A stretch of 64,000 nt of DNA from Azolla caroliniana (GCA_043228905.1 JBHGNT010000008.1:17360001-17424000), one strand, 5' to 3'. Counted from the first letter of the stretch, positions 1 to 11,729 are shown. Notes: a model not told the origin generated them from the letters alone. Made by a program: numbers and translations.

Positions 1-3
1 AGT

Positions 4-1029
4 TTAGTTTCTCACCACTATAGGCGTCTTACTTCTAAAGGATTTCTTAGATATTTGCCAACCTTCATTCTTCTCTTTGTCCACATCAAAGGTTTGTTTC
101 AAATCGTGTAGGTTTGATTGCACATTACCAATTGTCTGCGGGACTTTACTTTTCTCTTTGTCTTGTACTCTCGGTTTCTGAATGGGTTGCATCATAGATT
201 GGTTTGTTGCCTTTGAAGAAGAAACCTGGCTATTTTCTTTCAATGATGCATGTTTCAACATTGCAGTTTCAGGTGACTGAATGGTCAGTGTTGGGCATTT
301 TGATTGCATATGACCAAACTTGTTACATGTGTAACATGCACCCGCAAATTTGCCCCATTTCAGCTTGAAAGGTCTTGCACTAATAATTGGATCATCCGAA
401 TTGAGGGTGATACCTTCCAAGATCGGAACATCTATGTCCCAAAGAATGCAAAATCTATTAGAAGTACTTGTAGTTTTTGGGGGGCATACTACTCTCCCCA
501 TTCCTGCTGCAATTGTAGATAACAAGTGATTCCAATTTCGTGGAAAATCAAGCACTTCTACCCAGACGGGACATTTGTGACGAATTAGCCCTTGATAGTC
601 TTTTGTCAAAGACCGCGACAATGCATGAACCATTTGATCTCTATATGTTAAAGGAGATTCCTCAAGTAATTGCAGTTTTGTACTTTGGTTCTGATAGCAA
701 TAAAACCCTCTAGCAACGAAATAAACTCCACTAACTGCATAGACTTTAAACATTGCATTTATCCATTGAGTCACATCATTTGCAGAAGGCATCTTCCCAG
801 GAAAGAAAAGAATAATAGCATTTGACATGTACACTTTTAAAGGATTCAACAAGTCTTGTGATGGGACAATAAATGTCTTGCTTGGCAAAGGCCCATCCCA
901 TGTCTTCCTAGCCTCTGCAAAGTCCTCGGCTAAATTATCTTGACGCCATTTTGTATCTACTGGATCTTCTATAATTTCTTTCCTCTTCTTATTCCATACA
1001 GAAGATGATTGAGCCATCCTTGTCAACAC
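4..1029 (-). CDS. LINE (L1-type) ORF1-like protein with zinc knuckle, probably degenerate
   Basis: 341-aa ORF with DUF4283-like segment (VYFVARGFY...CPVWVEV) and CCHC knuckle CYTCNKFGHMQSKC; GA-rich putative 5' region near 1280-1320. Confidence 0.7.
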   Translation of the reverse strand: MLTRMAQSSSVWNKKRKEIIEDPVDTKWRQDNLAEDFAEARKTWDGPLPSKTFIVPSQDLLNPLKVYMSNAIILFFPGKMPSANDVTQWINAMFKVYAVSGVYFVARGFYCYQNQSTKLQLLEESPLTYRDQMVHALSRSLTKDYQGLIRHKCPVWVEVLDFPRNWNHLLSTIAAGMGRVVCPPKTTSTSNRFCILWDIDVPILEGITLNSDDPIISARPFKLKWGKFAGACYTCNKFGHMQSKCPTLTIQSPETAMLKHASLKENSQVSSSKATNQSMMQPIQKPRVQDKEKSKVPQTIGNVQSNLHDLKQTFDVDKEKNEGWQISKKSFRSKTPIVVRN

Positions 1030-3335
1030 TAATGTGGTAGACCTGCCACTTTGTATGTTGAAATGTAGAGAGGTCTAACAAAGGTAATGAGAGGAGCAAA
1101 CCCGGTGTCTCACAACTTAGGTCGAAATAGACAGGTCCTGAAGTCTGTACCCTGCTCAGATTTGAGTGAATATGACATGCTCAATCCATCCAGAAGGCTC
1201 CAAAACCCCCAAAACGACTCAAACCTTGTTCCGATTCCGACTCCAGATGAGGGAGATATGAGACTTGAAAGGTGAACTCTGTCTCTCTATCTGTCACGTC
1301 GCCCTCTCTCACTCTCATAGTTTTTTTATTGTCATGAGACTACTAATCCTAACACTATAAAAGAAAACCCATAAGACTACTAATCGATGCCATGAGAATT
1401 GATGGCTTCCCAGTTCGAAGTAGACCAACCAACTACCAACTAGTGATTTGATTAGTCTTTCCGATTGAGATTGTTTATTTGTTAAGTCATGGTTAGATCG
1501 GTGTTTTGGGTACTACATAAAATGTTAAAGTTATGATCTAAAGATAGATAGATAGAAATGAGAGAGAGAAAGAAGGGTAATGATCCACTCGACCACCCCC
1601 GAGCGAAGGGATCGAGACGGACTCGAGCCTCGATCGGCGTCCCATACCACCGTCGTGGCGTCGAGTCATACCTGGAGCTGGCGTGCTCCCTACAAGAGTT
1701 GACCCACGACAATGTCAGAGTCTCGATGTAATCAAAAGATGATGAAATGAGGATAGTTAGGCCTCATATTTATGGTGATACCCAAGGCCCCCAAGCAAGT
1801 TCACACTTGGCCTTATAGGTTGTCTCAATCTCGAGGATTAAAAGTAATCCTCCCCTTCTTTACACTCTCGTTTAACCCTCACACTTATCCACATGTATAG
1901 AATACTACGATAAATTCTCACCACGGGATATTTAATTTATATGGTCATGCCAATAACATACTCCCCCTCTTTAAAACATTGCACTCTTGCAATGGAAAGT
2001 TAGGAAAGTTAGTTCTAAGAGTATTTTCGCGTTCCCATGTGGCATCTTTGATAGATTTATCCATCCATTTAATTTTAAATTCTCGTATTATTTTAGTACG
2101 CAGATTTTTTGTTTTAACATCGAGAATTCTTTCTTGTACATGTGGTGTAGAAGATAATTCTTCAGAAGTAACCAAAGTTTCAGTTGTAACTGTATTGTCG
2201 CCAAAACCTAGCAATTCTTTTAGATGACTTACCTGGAAAACAGGATGGATTTCAACGCCATCGGGAAGAGCGAGACGATAGGTTGATGAACCAATGCGTT
2301 TGAGGACTTGAAAATGTCCACAAAACTGTGGGGCTAACTTAGCGCACTTACCCGTAGACAATGTCTTAGAATTGTGAGGTACACGTAAAAACACCTTTTG
2401 TCCAGGGTTGAATACACGAGGTTGCCTATTATGATCGGCATAAAAATGCGCTCTATCTTGAGCTGTTTTTATATTATCTCGTGCAATATGCAACATATCT
2501 TGCATATCCCAAAGAAAGTTTTGCGTACTTCACAACTCATCATGATGTATATTAACATCAATTGGGGCTCGTGGCTGAAAACCATACATCAACATAAAAG
2601 AACTATATCCCGTCGACGTATGCTTGGAGCTATTATAAGCAAACTCCAAAATTGGGAGATAACGTTCCCATTTTGTTGGTTTTGCACCAACCTATGCTTG
2701 AAACATGTCCTCAATAATTTGATTTACTCGTTTTCTCTGTCCATCAGATTGAGGTTGATCTGTGGAGCTCACGCTCAACATAGTTTCTAACTTCTTAAAG
2801 ACTTGCGCCTAGGAGTCACTAGTAAACTTTGGATCTCAATCACTCACGATATCCATTGGTAACCCATAAAAATGAAATAACTCGTCAACGAATTGGTAAG
2901 ACAATTCAAGAGCTGTTACCGTGGTTTTAGTAGCAATAAATATGGCCATTTTAGTTAGTCTATCAACCACAACCTAGATGGCATCATGGCCTTTTTGGGA
3001 GCGAGGAAGGCTAACAATAAAATCCATGGATTTACTTTCCCACTTATTATTGGGAATGTCCAAGGGATGTAAAAGTCCTACGGCTTTAAGTCATTCAACT
3101 TTGTTAATCTGCATTGGTGACATTTAGTCACATAGCTATGTATGTCAGGACGCATCTTAGGCCAATAGAATTGAGTGGAGATGAGAACGAGTGTGTGGTG
3201 TATTCCAGGGTGCCCTACTAAGGGTGCATCATGTCATGAACAGTACTGAGACAGAGAAGGAATTAGTACTAAACGAAGGATTAGTACTATGAGAGGTGTG
3301 GAACTTCTTCGAGAGAAGGAAGAAGTGAGCGAGAC

Positions 3336-3374
<39 letters not shown>

Positions 3375-3661
3375 TGATAAGAAAGATATTTATTATATGA
3401 AGAGAATATACAACGGTGGCTAAAAGGCTTAAGACTGGCATTGAACCAATTTGGTTCAACATAATGCCTAGTGCCCTCTTTTATAGTGTTTTCAGGAGTA
3501 ATCCTGAAGCTTCTAGAATGTTCCAGAGAAATCTGGAATATACACTAATTTCCTATAATAAAATGTAAATGAAAATAATATCCTACGTATTACAATAGAT
3601 GGTCTAATGGTCAAGAGCTCGACCCATATAACCTAAGGTCATGGGTTCGAGTCTTGCCATA

Positions 3662-6600
3662 TCATGACACTATCCCCCCTTTAAAACGACGAGTGTCACG
3701 AGTCGTCTTGGATTGAGGACCCGGTTTGTGTGGATATTGACGATGGAAGTCTTCAAGAAGAGCACGAGCATTGGTTACATTCTCGATCGGTTCCCAAGTA
3801 CGTTCGCTGGGACTATAGCCTAGCCAATCGACTAGATAGTAGAGCTTGTTGTGAACAATCTTGGAATCAAGAATGGCGGCAACCTCGTACTCCGGCCCAT
3901 CTTCAAGCTCGATCGGGGGTGGAGGTTGGATAAGACGTTCTGGGATGGTGCTCTCGTGGTAGGGTTCGAAGAGAGAACTATGAAACACCGGATGTATCTG
4001 AAGTTGAGGAGGTAGATCGAGACGAAAAGCAACATCATTAATCTTTCCAATAATACGGAAAGGACCTAATCGCCGATAATCCAACTTCTCACATGGGCGA
4101 GTAGTCTTGATGTGTCGTCGTAGCAACCACACCCGATCTCCAATATTAAAACTAGATGGAAGTCGATGACGATCCGCGTAGACCTTGTGTGTTTGTTGAG
4201 CTTGCTGGAGATGAGTAGATAAATCCGCTTGTATCTTGCGTAACCGCTCCAAACGATCCTCCGCGCACGGATTTGTGGACACCTCTGGGGTTTCAAGTAC
4301 ACTCCACCGGGGGTGACATCCCGTATAAGCATAAAATGGCGTAACTTTAGTGGATGCGTGGATAGAGTTGTTATAGGCAAATTCGGCGAAGTGGAGAATA
4401 TCTGCCCAGTCGTCCTGATGATAGCTGAGAAAGCACCGCAGATACTGCTCCAACGTTTGATTTGTTCGTTCAGCTTGGCCGTCAGTTTGTGGGTGGTAGC
4501 CGGAAGAGAGGTTACAAGTGACCTTGAGCATGTTAAAAAGGTGCTTCCAGAATTTTGACACGAACTGGGGTCCACGGTCGCTGATGATACTATCGGGGAG
4601 TCCATGATGCCGACATACTTCACGCATGACAATTTCGGCAGTGTCTTCACTGGAGATCTCCTTAGTACATGGCAAGAAATGAGCCATCTTCGTATATCGA
4701 TCGACCACCGTTAGAATCGCATTGAACCCCTTAGAGACTAGAAGGTCTGTGATGAAGTCTAGAGCAATGGATTGCCACGGCTTGCTTGGAATTGATAATG
4801 GTTCTAATAAACCATATGGATGATGCCTTGGCATTTTCGCTCTGCAACATGTATCACAAGTCCGAACAAAATCCTCGACAAATTGTCGCATACAGGGCCA
4901 CCAGAATGATCGTTGTACTAAATGTAATGTTTTAGTACTACCAAAATGCCCAGCTGTATATGTGTCATGACAGTTTTGTACTACTCGAAGGCGGCAAGAA
5001 CCATTAGGAACATACAAAAGTTCTTTAAAGAAGAGTAATCCATCATGGTATTTGAATTGCCGATAGTCCGTACCTGGTGGTTGCGACTGTGAACACGACG
5101 CTCGAGAGGGATCAATTTGTGCTAGTATAGCTTGGGCGAACGCATCTGTCTTCAAGTCTTCACGTATGGTATCGATAACGCGGGAATCCATAGGCATGTC
5201 AAAGATTTGTGTTGCTTGTAATCGTGCCGGTCCCAAGATGACTTGTTTTTGGTTATCGAAAGCTGGCTCGCCGGGACGGGGTGCTAGATACGAACGCCGT
5301 GATAATGCATCTGCCTTCCCTTGGTGCCTCCCCGGACGATATGTAATTTTGAAGTCGAAACGCGTGAGGAAGTGGGCCCACCGAGCTTGACGTCGATTCA
5401 ACACACGAGCATCCTGAAAGTAGGCAAGATTCTTGTGGTCACTAAATACGGTGACTGGATGAGAGGATCCCTCCAGAAAATGCCTCCATTGCATAAAAGA
5501 ATCCACTATTGCCAATAGCTCCTTATCATGGATTTCGTAGTTAATTTCGGCGGCATCAAACTTGCGTGAGTGAAAAGCCACAGGATGTAGCTTTTCATCA
5601 TTTCCCTGTTGTGACAGAATGCTCCCCAATGCAAAATCCGATGCGTCAGCTTCGATAATGAATGGTTTCTCCGGATCGACATGAGCTAGAATTGGAGCCG
5701 ATGTAAATGCTTTTTTAAGACTCTCGAAAGCCATGTCCGTTTCTTCAGACCAGATGAACGGTTGTCCCTTCCTGGTAAGTTGTGTGAGAGGTAGAACGAT
5801 CTTTGAGTAATCCTGTATGAACTTCCGGTAAAAATTGGCAAAGCCTAAGAAGCATTGCACATCCCGTACCGAACGCGGAGTCTGCCATTCTACCACCGTT
5901 CTGACCTTAGCTGGGTCCATGGAGATGCCTTCTGACGAAATGATGTAGCCGAGAAATTCCACTTGGTTGCACCCGAAACTACATTTTTCTAGCTTTGCAT
6001 ACAGACCATGTTCTCGAAGTCGTTTTAGTACTAATAGTACATGAGAATCATGTTCTTCTTGGGTCTTTGAATAAACCAGTAGATCATCCAAATAGATGAT
6101 CAAATAATCATCCAATAGATCTCGGAATATATCATTAGCCATGTGCTGGAAGACTGCCGGCGCATTAGTGAGGCCGAACGGCATGACAGTATACTCGAAG
6201 TGCCCATATCTGGTGCGAAACGCGGTCTTCCATTCGTCTCCTGGTCGGATCCGTACGAGGTTATATGCTCCCCGTAAGTCGATCTTCGTGAAGAACCTGG
6301 CACCATTGATCCGTTCTAAAAGACTTGAGATAAGGGGAAGAGCATACCTATTCCTGATTGTAACCTTATTCAAGCCACGGTAATCTACAACGAGACGAAG
6401 CGATCCATCTTTTTTCTTGATGAAGAAAATGGGCGCACCGGCTGGAGATTTCGAATGCCGAATGAAACCATTTTCCAAATTCTCCTCTATATAGGCCCGA
6501 AGGACTTCCAGCTCGGTTGGTGACAAATTGTAGATCGGTCCCCATGGCGGCTCTTTTCCCGGTTGTAAATCGATGGGGCAATCGTACGGTCGATGATGAG

Positions 6601-7219
6601 GAAGTGTGTTGGCTTGTACTTTATCGAACACATCGGTGTAATGGCGATACTTCTCGGGAAGTTGAACGGTGGATTCTTCTTTAGTGGTGTTGGAGGGGTT
6701 TACTGATATTGCAAAGAGGAACATTTCCTCCTTGTGCCCTTCTTTACGCAACTGACGTAGCGAAATGGTTGCCATCTTCTGAGTTGACCCTTGGGTTTGT
6801 CGACACCGGATTTCTCTTGTTCTCCAATCTATGTCAGGGTTATGTAACTCGAACCACGGTAGTCCTAAAACTATAGGATGTTCTGGGATACTAATAATAT
6901 TAAATGATACTACACATACTAAGTTATCTAGGACAATATTAATGGGCTCTGACTCTTCTAGGATATTTCCGGAAGCAATGGGACGTCCATCAATGACTAC
7001 TACAGAGGCTGGACACTGGAGTTTTCTTAGGGATATCTTATGAGCTTGAGCAAATTTCTTATCCATAAAGCAAGAGTTAGCTCCGGAATCTAGGAGTGCT
7101 AGGACATGTACTGGAGGGGTACTTTTAGTACTAACTATTACTTGGGCTACGAACACATCACTAACTTGCTTAGAGGGAATGGAACCACTAATGGGCTGCA
7201 CAGATCTAGGGCTATCCAA
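3662..7219 (-). CDS. pol: Pol polyprotein (PR-RT-RNaseH-IN-chromodomain), probably reached by -1 frameshift from gag
   Basis: LLDSGAN protease, YLDD RT, EADASD RNase H, HHCC plus DDE integrase, GPF motif, chromodomain YEVAAIL...YLVDWLGY...TWEP. Confidence 0.96.
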   Translation of the reverse strand: MDSPRSVQPISGSIPSKQVSDVFVAQVIVSTKSTPPVHVLALLDSGANSCFMDKKFAQAHKISLRKLQCPASVVVIDGRPIASGNILEESEPINIVLDNLVCVVSFNIISIPEHPIVLGLPWFELHNPDIDWRTREIRCRQTQGSTQKMATISLRQLRKEGHKEEMFLFAISVNPSNTTKEESTVQLPEKYRHYTDVFDKVQANTLPHHRPYDCPIDLQPGKEPPWGPIYNLSPTELEVLRAYIEENLENGFIRHSKSPAGAPIFFIKKKDGSLRLVVDYRGLNKVTIRNRYALPLISSLLERINGARFFTKIDLRGAYNLVRIRPGDEWKTAFRTRYGHFEYTVMPFGLTNAPAVFQHMANDIFRDLLDDYLIIYLDDLLVYSKTQEEHDSHVLLVLKRLREHGLYAKLEKCSFGCNQVEFLGYIISSEGISMDPAKVRTVVEWQTPRSVRDVQCFLGFANFYRKFIQDYSKIVLPLTQLTRKGQPFIWSEETDMAFESLKKAFTSAPILAHVDPEKPFIIEADASDFALGSILSQQGNDEKLHPVAFHSRKFDAAEINYEIHDKELLAIVDSFMQWRHFLEGSSHPVTVFSDHKNLAYFQDARVLNRRQARWAHFLTRFDFKITYRPGRHQGKADALSRRSYLAPRPGEPAFDNQKQVILGPARLQATQIFDMPMDSRVIDTIREDLKTDAFAQAILAQIDPSRASCSQSQPPGTDYRQFKYHDGLLFFKELLYVPNGSCRLRVVQNCHDTYTAGHFGSTKTLHLVQRSFWWPCMRQFVEDFVRTCDTCCRAKMPRHHPYGLLEPLSIPSKPWQSIALDFITDLLVSKGFNAILTVVDRYTKMAHFLPCTKEISSEDTAEIVMREVCRHHGLPDSIISDRGPQFVSKFWKHLFNMLKVTCNLSSGYHPQTDGQAERTNQTLEQYLRCFLSYHQDDWADILHFAEFAYNNSIHASTKVTPFYAYTGCHPRWSVLETPEVSTNPCAEDRLERLRKIQADLSTHLQQAQQTHKVYADRHRLPSSFNIGDRVWLLRRHIKTTRPCEKLDYRRLGPFRIIGKINDVAFRLDLPPQLQIHPVFHSSLFEPYHESTIPERLIQPPPPIELEDGPEYEVAAILDSKIVHNKLYYLVDWLGYSPSERTWEPIENVTNARALLEDFHRQYPHKPGPQSKTTRDTRRFKGGIVS

Positions 7220-7245
7220 CCAAACGGCTCCTATTTTGGCTGGAC

Positions 7246-8397
7246 TTAGTCGTTTAACTCTTCTTCTAACTGACTAAGGACATCAAATTTGTGTGCTAGA
7301 TCTGGGATATTAGTACTATTAGGACTATCAGATATCCCTACTGAAATAGGTTCGGATTTAGTACAATTAGAACTAGCGACTATTTGGTTTACCTGTCTTC
7401 TTGGCCTATGGGGGCAATTTATTGCGATATGTCCTGGTTCACCGCAGTAAAGACATAGTCGATTTGTACGGCGTCGCTGCTTTTCTTCTTCGGATAATGG
7501 CCCTCGACGATGTGTAGTGTCAATCTCCATCGGAGTCGGAGTATTCGCTGGAGACGCATTATATGACTCCCTCGGAAAAGGTCTTGCTACCACTGAGGCA
7601 TAGGTGGGCTCTGATCTTGCCCTCGGCATCTGTAGCTGTCGTTCCGAACGTCGCTCAAAGAGGCGGTTGTCACATCTCACCGCGCGACTGATTGCTTCTG
7701 TTAAGGACTTTGGCTCTTCGGGGAAGGTCAAGAGTAAATCCTTGACGTCGTTGCGTAAACCATAACGGAATTGCTCCATCAACGCTTGATCATCCCAAGG
7801 GATATCGGCGGCGAGTAGGCGAAAATCTGCAGCGTATGCGGAGGTTGGACGGTCACCTTGGCGTAATCGCCGGATTTTGTTGATTGCGGTCCTGATGCTG
7901 TCAGTATCTCCGAAACATGCTTTAAACTCACCTAGAAACTCTTCAAAATTGTTGAGTAACGGAGATTCCTTTTCTAATAGTGGAGCGAACCATGACAACA
8001 TTGAGCCACTTAACAAAGTGCCTACTAAACCCACTCGTGATGCATCGGTGGGATATCGGGAAGGATGCATTTGAATAACTAATCGTACATGGTTAAGGAA
8101 CCCTCTAAACTGCGATCGCGTTCCATCGAACTTCGTGGGAAGGCCAATCTTAGGTTCTTTATGAATCCCTTGTGTTCCGGGCCCATGTTGTTGCATCGCT
8201 ACGATGGTGGCTTCGAGTTGTTGCACGCGTAACGCAAGTTCCCCATGTTGTTGTTGCGTTTGCTGCTTTTCTAAGGAGATTTGCTGAAGATCCCCGAGCA
8301 ACCGTTGGTTTTCTTGTTCCAAAGCATGGAACTTCTCCTTCAAGCATTGGAATTCCGAGAAAACAGATTGATATTCTTCAGCGCTAATAGTGGCCAT
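7246..8397 (-). CDS. gag: Gag (coiled coil, retrotransposon capsid, CCHC knuckle; PEG10/RTL1-like)
   Basis: 383-aa ORF with KFDG, PMEID and CLYCGEPGHIAINC motifs. Confidence 0.95.
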   Translation of the reverse strand: MATISAEEYQSVFSEFQCLKEKFHALEQENQRLLGDLQQISLEKQQTQQQHGELALRVQQLEATIVAMQQHGPGTQGIHKEPKIGLPTKFDGTRSQFRGFLNHVRLVIQMHPSRYPTDASRVGLVGTLLSGSMLSWFAPLLEKESPLLNNFEEFLGEFKACFGDTDSIRTAINKIRRLRQGDRPTSAYAADFRLLAADIPWDDQALMEQFRYGLRNDVKDLLLTFPEEPKSLTEAISRAVRCDNRLFERRSERQLQMPRARSEPTYASVVARPFPRESYNASPANTPTPMEIDTTHRRGPLSEEEKQRRRTNRLCLYCGEPGHIAINCPHRPRRQVNQIVASSNCTKSEPISVGISDSPNSTNIPDLAHKFDVLSQLEEELND

Positions 8398-8574
8398 GGG
8401 ATGAAAGAAAAGAGGAATAAAAGATTAGTAGGAAATGAGAGAGACAGAAGGTAGGAAAATTGGTTCAAACTGTCATGAACAGTACTGAGACAGAGAAGGA
8501 ATTAGTACTAAACGAAGGATTAGTACTATGAGAGGTGTGGAACTTCTTCGAGAGAAGGAAGAAGTGAGCGAGAC

Positions 8575-8615
<41 letters not shown>

Positions 8616-8833
8616 TGATAAGAAAGATATTTATTATATGAAGAGAATATACAACGGTGGCTAAAAGGCTTAAGACTGGCATTGAACCAATTTGGTTCAA
8701 CATAATGCCTAGTGCCCTCTTTTATAGTGTTTTCAGGAGTAATCCTGAAGCTTCTAGAATGTTCCAGAGAAATCTGGAATATACACTAATTTCCTATAAT
8801 AAAATGTAAATGAAACTAATATCCTACGTATTA

Positions 8834-8905
8834 CAATAGATGGTCTAATGGTCAAGAGCTCGACCCATATAACCTAAGGTCATGGGTTCGAGTCTTGCCA
8901 TATCA
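8834..8905 (+). promoter_or_regulatory. tRNA-like A-box/B-box module at the U3 end of the chromovirus LTR, antisense to the element (also at 3593-3664)
   Basis: A box TGGTCTAATGG at 8841-8851 and B box GGTTCGAGTC at 8885-8894 with tRNA-like spacing; full cloverleaf not conserved. Confidence 0.7.
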
Positions 8906-10580
8906 TGACACATCATGGCATTAAAAAAGAATTCTCTTTTTGACCTCAGGCAAATCTGGAACACAAACCTTCCCATTACTGTAAAACAGACCGTTAGCCA
9001 TGTGAAAGTATTCCTTCGAGGATGTGGTGGTGTCTATTCCAGACTCAACTCTTGCCCAATATTTTGCAAAATAACTGTCATCAAGATACTTTCCTCGAAG
9101 GTGATCATAAAGATCTGATGTTATTTCAATGAAGCAAAGAATGTTAACTTTACGGATATGACTTAGTGCATCAGTGACAGTGTTCATGGAACCTTACGAT
9201 ATCATATGGAAAAATCGAAGTCCTGGATGAGATCAACCCATCGTGCCTTACGACCTTTTAGATCTTGTTGGTCACAAAAATATTTCAAGGACTCATGGTC
9301 CATAGTTACCACAAACCAATTTCAATAAAGATAATGGCGGCATGTTTTGAGCGCATGTATAATTGCAAATAACTCCTTTTGTTGAACAGTATACCAACAT
9401 TGAGCAAAATCAAGTTTCTTACTCTCGAATGCTATTGGTTTACCATCTTGATATACGACAACAGTTATAGCATAATCGCTTACATTGGTTTCAACTTCAA
9501 AAGGTTTTGAAGGATCAGGTAAAAGAAGCGAAGGAGCCTTGCACACCAGGTCCTTGAGTTCCTTAAAGGCGAGGTCTAGTGTAGCATTCAACACAATAGA
9601 TTTTGTAGACTTACGCGTTTGACCTTTTAGAAGATTAGTAAACGACGTCGTCAATTGTGAATAATTACGAAAGGATTTTCGCAAAAACCTGACAAAACCA
9701 AGGAATGATTGAACTTCTCGAATATTCCGAAGAGTGCGCCAAAGTTTGATTTTCTCAATGCGAGAAGGATCAATTTCAACTCCTACTATCCCAGTGCTCG
9801 ACGTAAAATATGACACCATTTGTTTGTTGTCATCACAACATTTAGTTCCAATTGGGAATCGCATATGTTGTGGCCAGTGCATATCCTTTGTTTGATTTAC
9901 ATAATACTATGAAGCATGTGGAAAGAGACAAGTAATTATTACCAAGTCACGAAGCATTCAAGGACATCCAATTTGGCATGTTTTGACCTACACTCTTTTC
10001 AAATAAATATATTTATGTAAATGAGTTGCAAGAATCTCTAAACCTAGATATAGAGAGCCCAACAGTTTGACAAGTGTTGGGGCGAAACGACTTGAGACAT
10101 TCAATATATGTATCTTGAAGCAACTCCATTCTTCGCAAAAGGATTATAATGATCTGTGACAATGAGCACATGGGTAGAGGTGAATGGTTATTAATTGAGT
10201 GTGAATCAATCAATCATGCGTCGTTTAACAAGCTACCATCATAAGCTTGCAACTCATAATACACATATGGCAATTTATCAATGTATAGTCCAATGCCATA
10301 TGAGAATATACTTTGTGCTCCAAAGCATTGTAAAGGACACATCCATAATTGCAACTACACATGGAAGAAAATAATTGATGAGAGTTTCTCTTGTCTTACA
10401 TGTGGGGTGCGATCGTTGATGCAATAGAACTTGTTTGGTGGGATAATATGATTTCAAACCCAACGGGGCGTGTAGAGTTTTGGGTAGTATCAACGTGTTT
10501 ATAGTGGTGACCCCCTCGTATACATACATACTAGAAAACTCTACGGTATTAATCTAGAATCAAAGTCAAGAGTCACACTA

Positions 10581-10832
10581 TGACGTCATGAAGGAAAAAG
10601 AGAGAAGATGGCGTCTTCTTCAATGATAAAGAACTCGCTCAATTCTTTTCCTTTTCCTCCCCAATTTTCCTTTTACTTTTTCCTTCGCCATTGCTTTTAC
10701 TTTTTCTTCATCATCTCGCGACGTTTGGTACATCCTCATCCTTTACCCAAAAATCAACAGCGCGTGGCCGTTGGTCTACAGCGTAGACGGCACGACACAC
10801 AGACAGAGAGTGAGTGTCTTGTCTATATATAA
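10581..10832 (+). promoter_or_regulatory. Putative GLP promoter: TGACGTCA palindrome (10581-10588) and TATA box (~10823-10832)
   Basis: Motif matches upstream of the ATG at 10995; not verified functionally. Confidence 0.45.
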
Positions 10833-10994
10833 TAATATATAGGACAGGAGCTCTATCCAACCAACGCATATACCTACTCTCTCTTTAATCACACCAACTC
10901 TTCCAACCTCTCTCTAAATCTCTGCAATCGCATATCGCATAGCCTAGAGCACATAATCAAAGTTACAACACTACTCCTATTTCTTTTCTTAGAC

Positions 10995-11729
10995 ATGGCT
11001 TCTTCCCTGGCCTCCTCTTCCATATTGCTAATCCTCAGCCTTGTTGTCGCTCTATGTGTCACGGCTCCTCCTGCCCAGCTTGTGGGCGCAGCGGACGAGG
11101 ACCCGCTCCAAGATTTCTGTGTGGCCAATGCCAATGCAGCTGCGGCCATCACCATCAATGGCGTAACCTGCAAACCAGCCGACAACGTCACAGCCCAGGA
11201 CTTCACATCCACACTGCTGCGAGCAGCCTCACCATCCACTTATGATTCCTCTTATACTACTGCCTCCAAGGCGGCCAATGTCACCCTCGCGTCTGTAGCC
11301 AACTTCCCCGGCCTCAACACTCTGGGCCTGTCCATCGCTCGCATCGACTTCCCGCCCAACGGTGGTCTAAACCCACCCCATGTCCACCCGCGTGCTACTG
11401 AGGTGCTCTATCTGGTGCAGGGCACGCTCACCGTCGGTTTCGTCTCCACCGCCCCCAACAACACCCTCTTCCAGGCCACGTTGTATGCAGGCGATCTCTT
11501 CGTCTTCCCCCGCGGCCTCGCCCACTTCCAGATCAACCTGGACAAGAAGAATCGCGCGCTGGCCATCGCGGCCCTGAACAGCCAGAATCCAGGGGTGTCT
11601 CAGCTTGCTGTGGCCCTCTTTGCTGCTAACCCACCACTGCCCGGCACAGTGCTTCAGAATACGTTCGGCATCGGCCAGTCTGAAGTGGATGCCCTCACGG
11701 CCAGCGTGAAGAAGGCTACCGTAGCTTGA
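10995..11729 (+). CDS. GLP: Germin-like protein (cupin superfamily), secreted, coding region intronless
   Basis: Hydrophobic signal peptide, DPLQDFCVA box, GLNTLG, GLNPPHVHPRATE and GDLFVFPRGLAHFQ germin boxes retaining the Mn ligands (H, H, E, H). Confidence 0.96.
   Translation: MASSLASSSILLILSLVVALCVTAPPAQLVGAADEDPLQDFCVANANAAAAITINGVTCKPADNVTAQDFTSTLLRAASPSTYDSSYTTASKAANVTLASVANFPGLNTLGLSIARIDFPPNGGLNPPHVHPRATEVLYLVQGTLTVGFVSTAPNNTLFQATLYAGDLFVFPRGLAHFQINLDKKNRALAIAALNSQNPGVSQLAVALFAANPPLPGTVLQNTFGIGQSEVDALTASVKKATVA

Larger units (their letters stand above)
3232..8910 (-). mobile_element. Full-length, apparently intact Ty3/Gypsy chromovirus (Tf1/sushi/Tcn1-like)
   Basis: LTRs 3232-3669 and 8471-8910 (TGTCATGA...TCATGACA) differ only by (GA)n length and about one substitution; 5-bp TSD CATCA (3227-3231, 8911-8915); PPT at ~3670-3686; intact gag and pol. 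Confidence 0.97.
1480..9880 (-). mobile_element. Degenerate Ty3/Gypsy chromovirus (RT end, RNase H, integrase, chromodomain) with 3' LTR; interrupted by a younger element at 3232-8910; 5' part lost
   Basis: Broken pol ORFs at 9322-9882, 8921-9187 and 1945-2505 (chromodomain ...KIKW...DATWE); PPT AAAGAGGGGGAG at ~1960-1972; LTR TGTTA...TAACA at 1480-1958. Confidence 0.85.
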
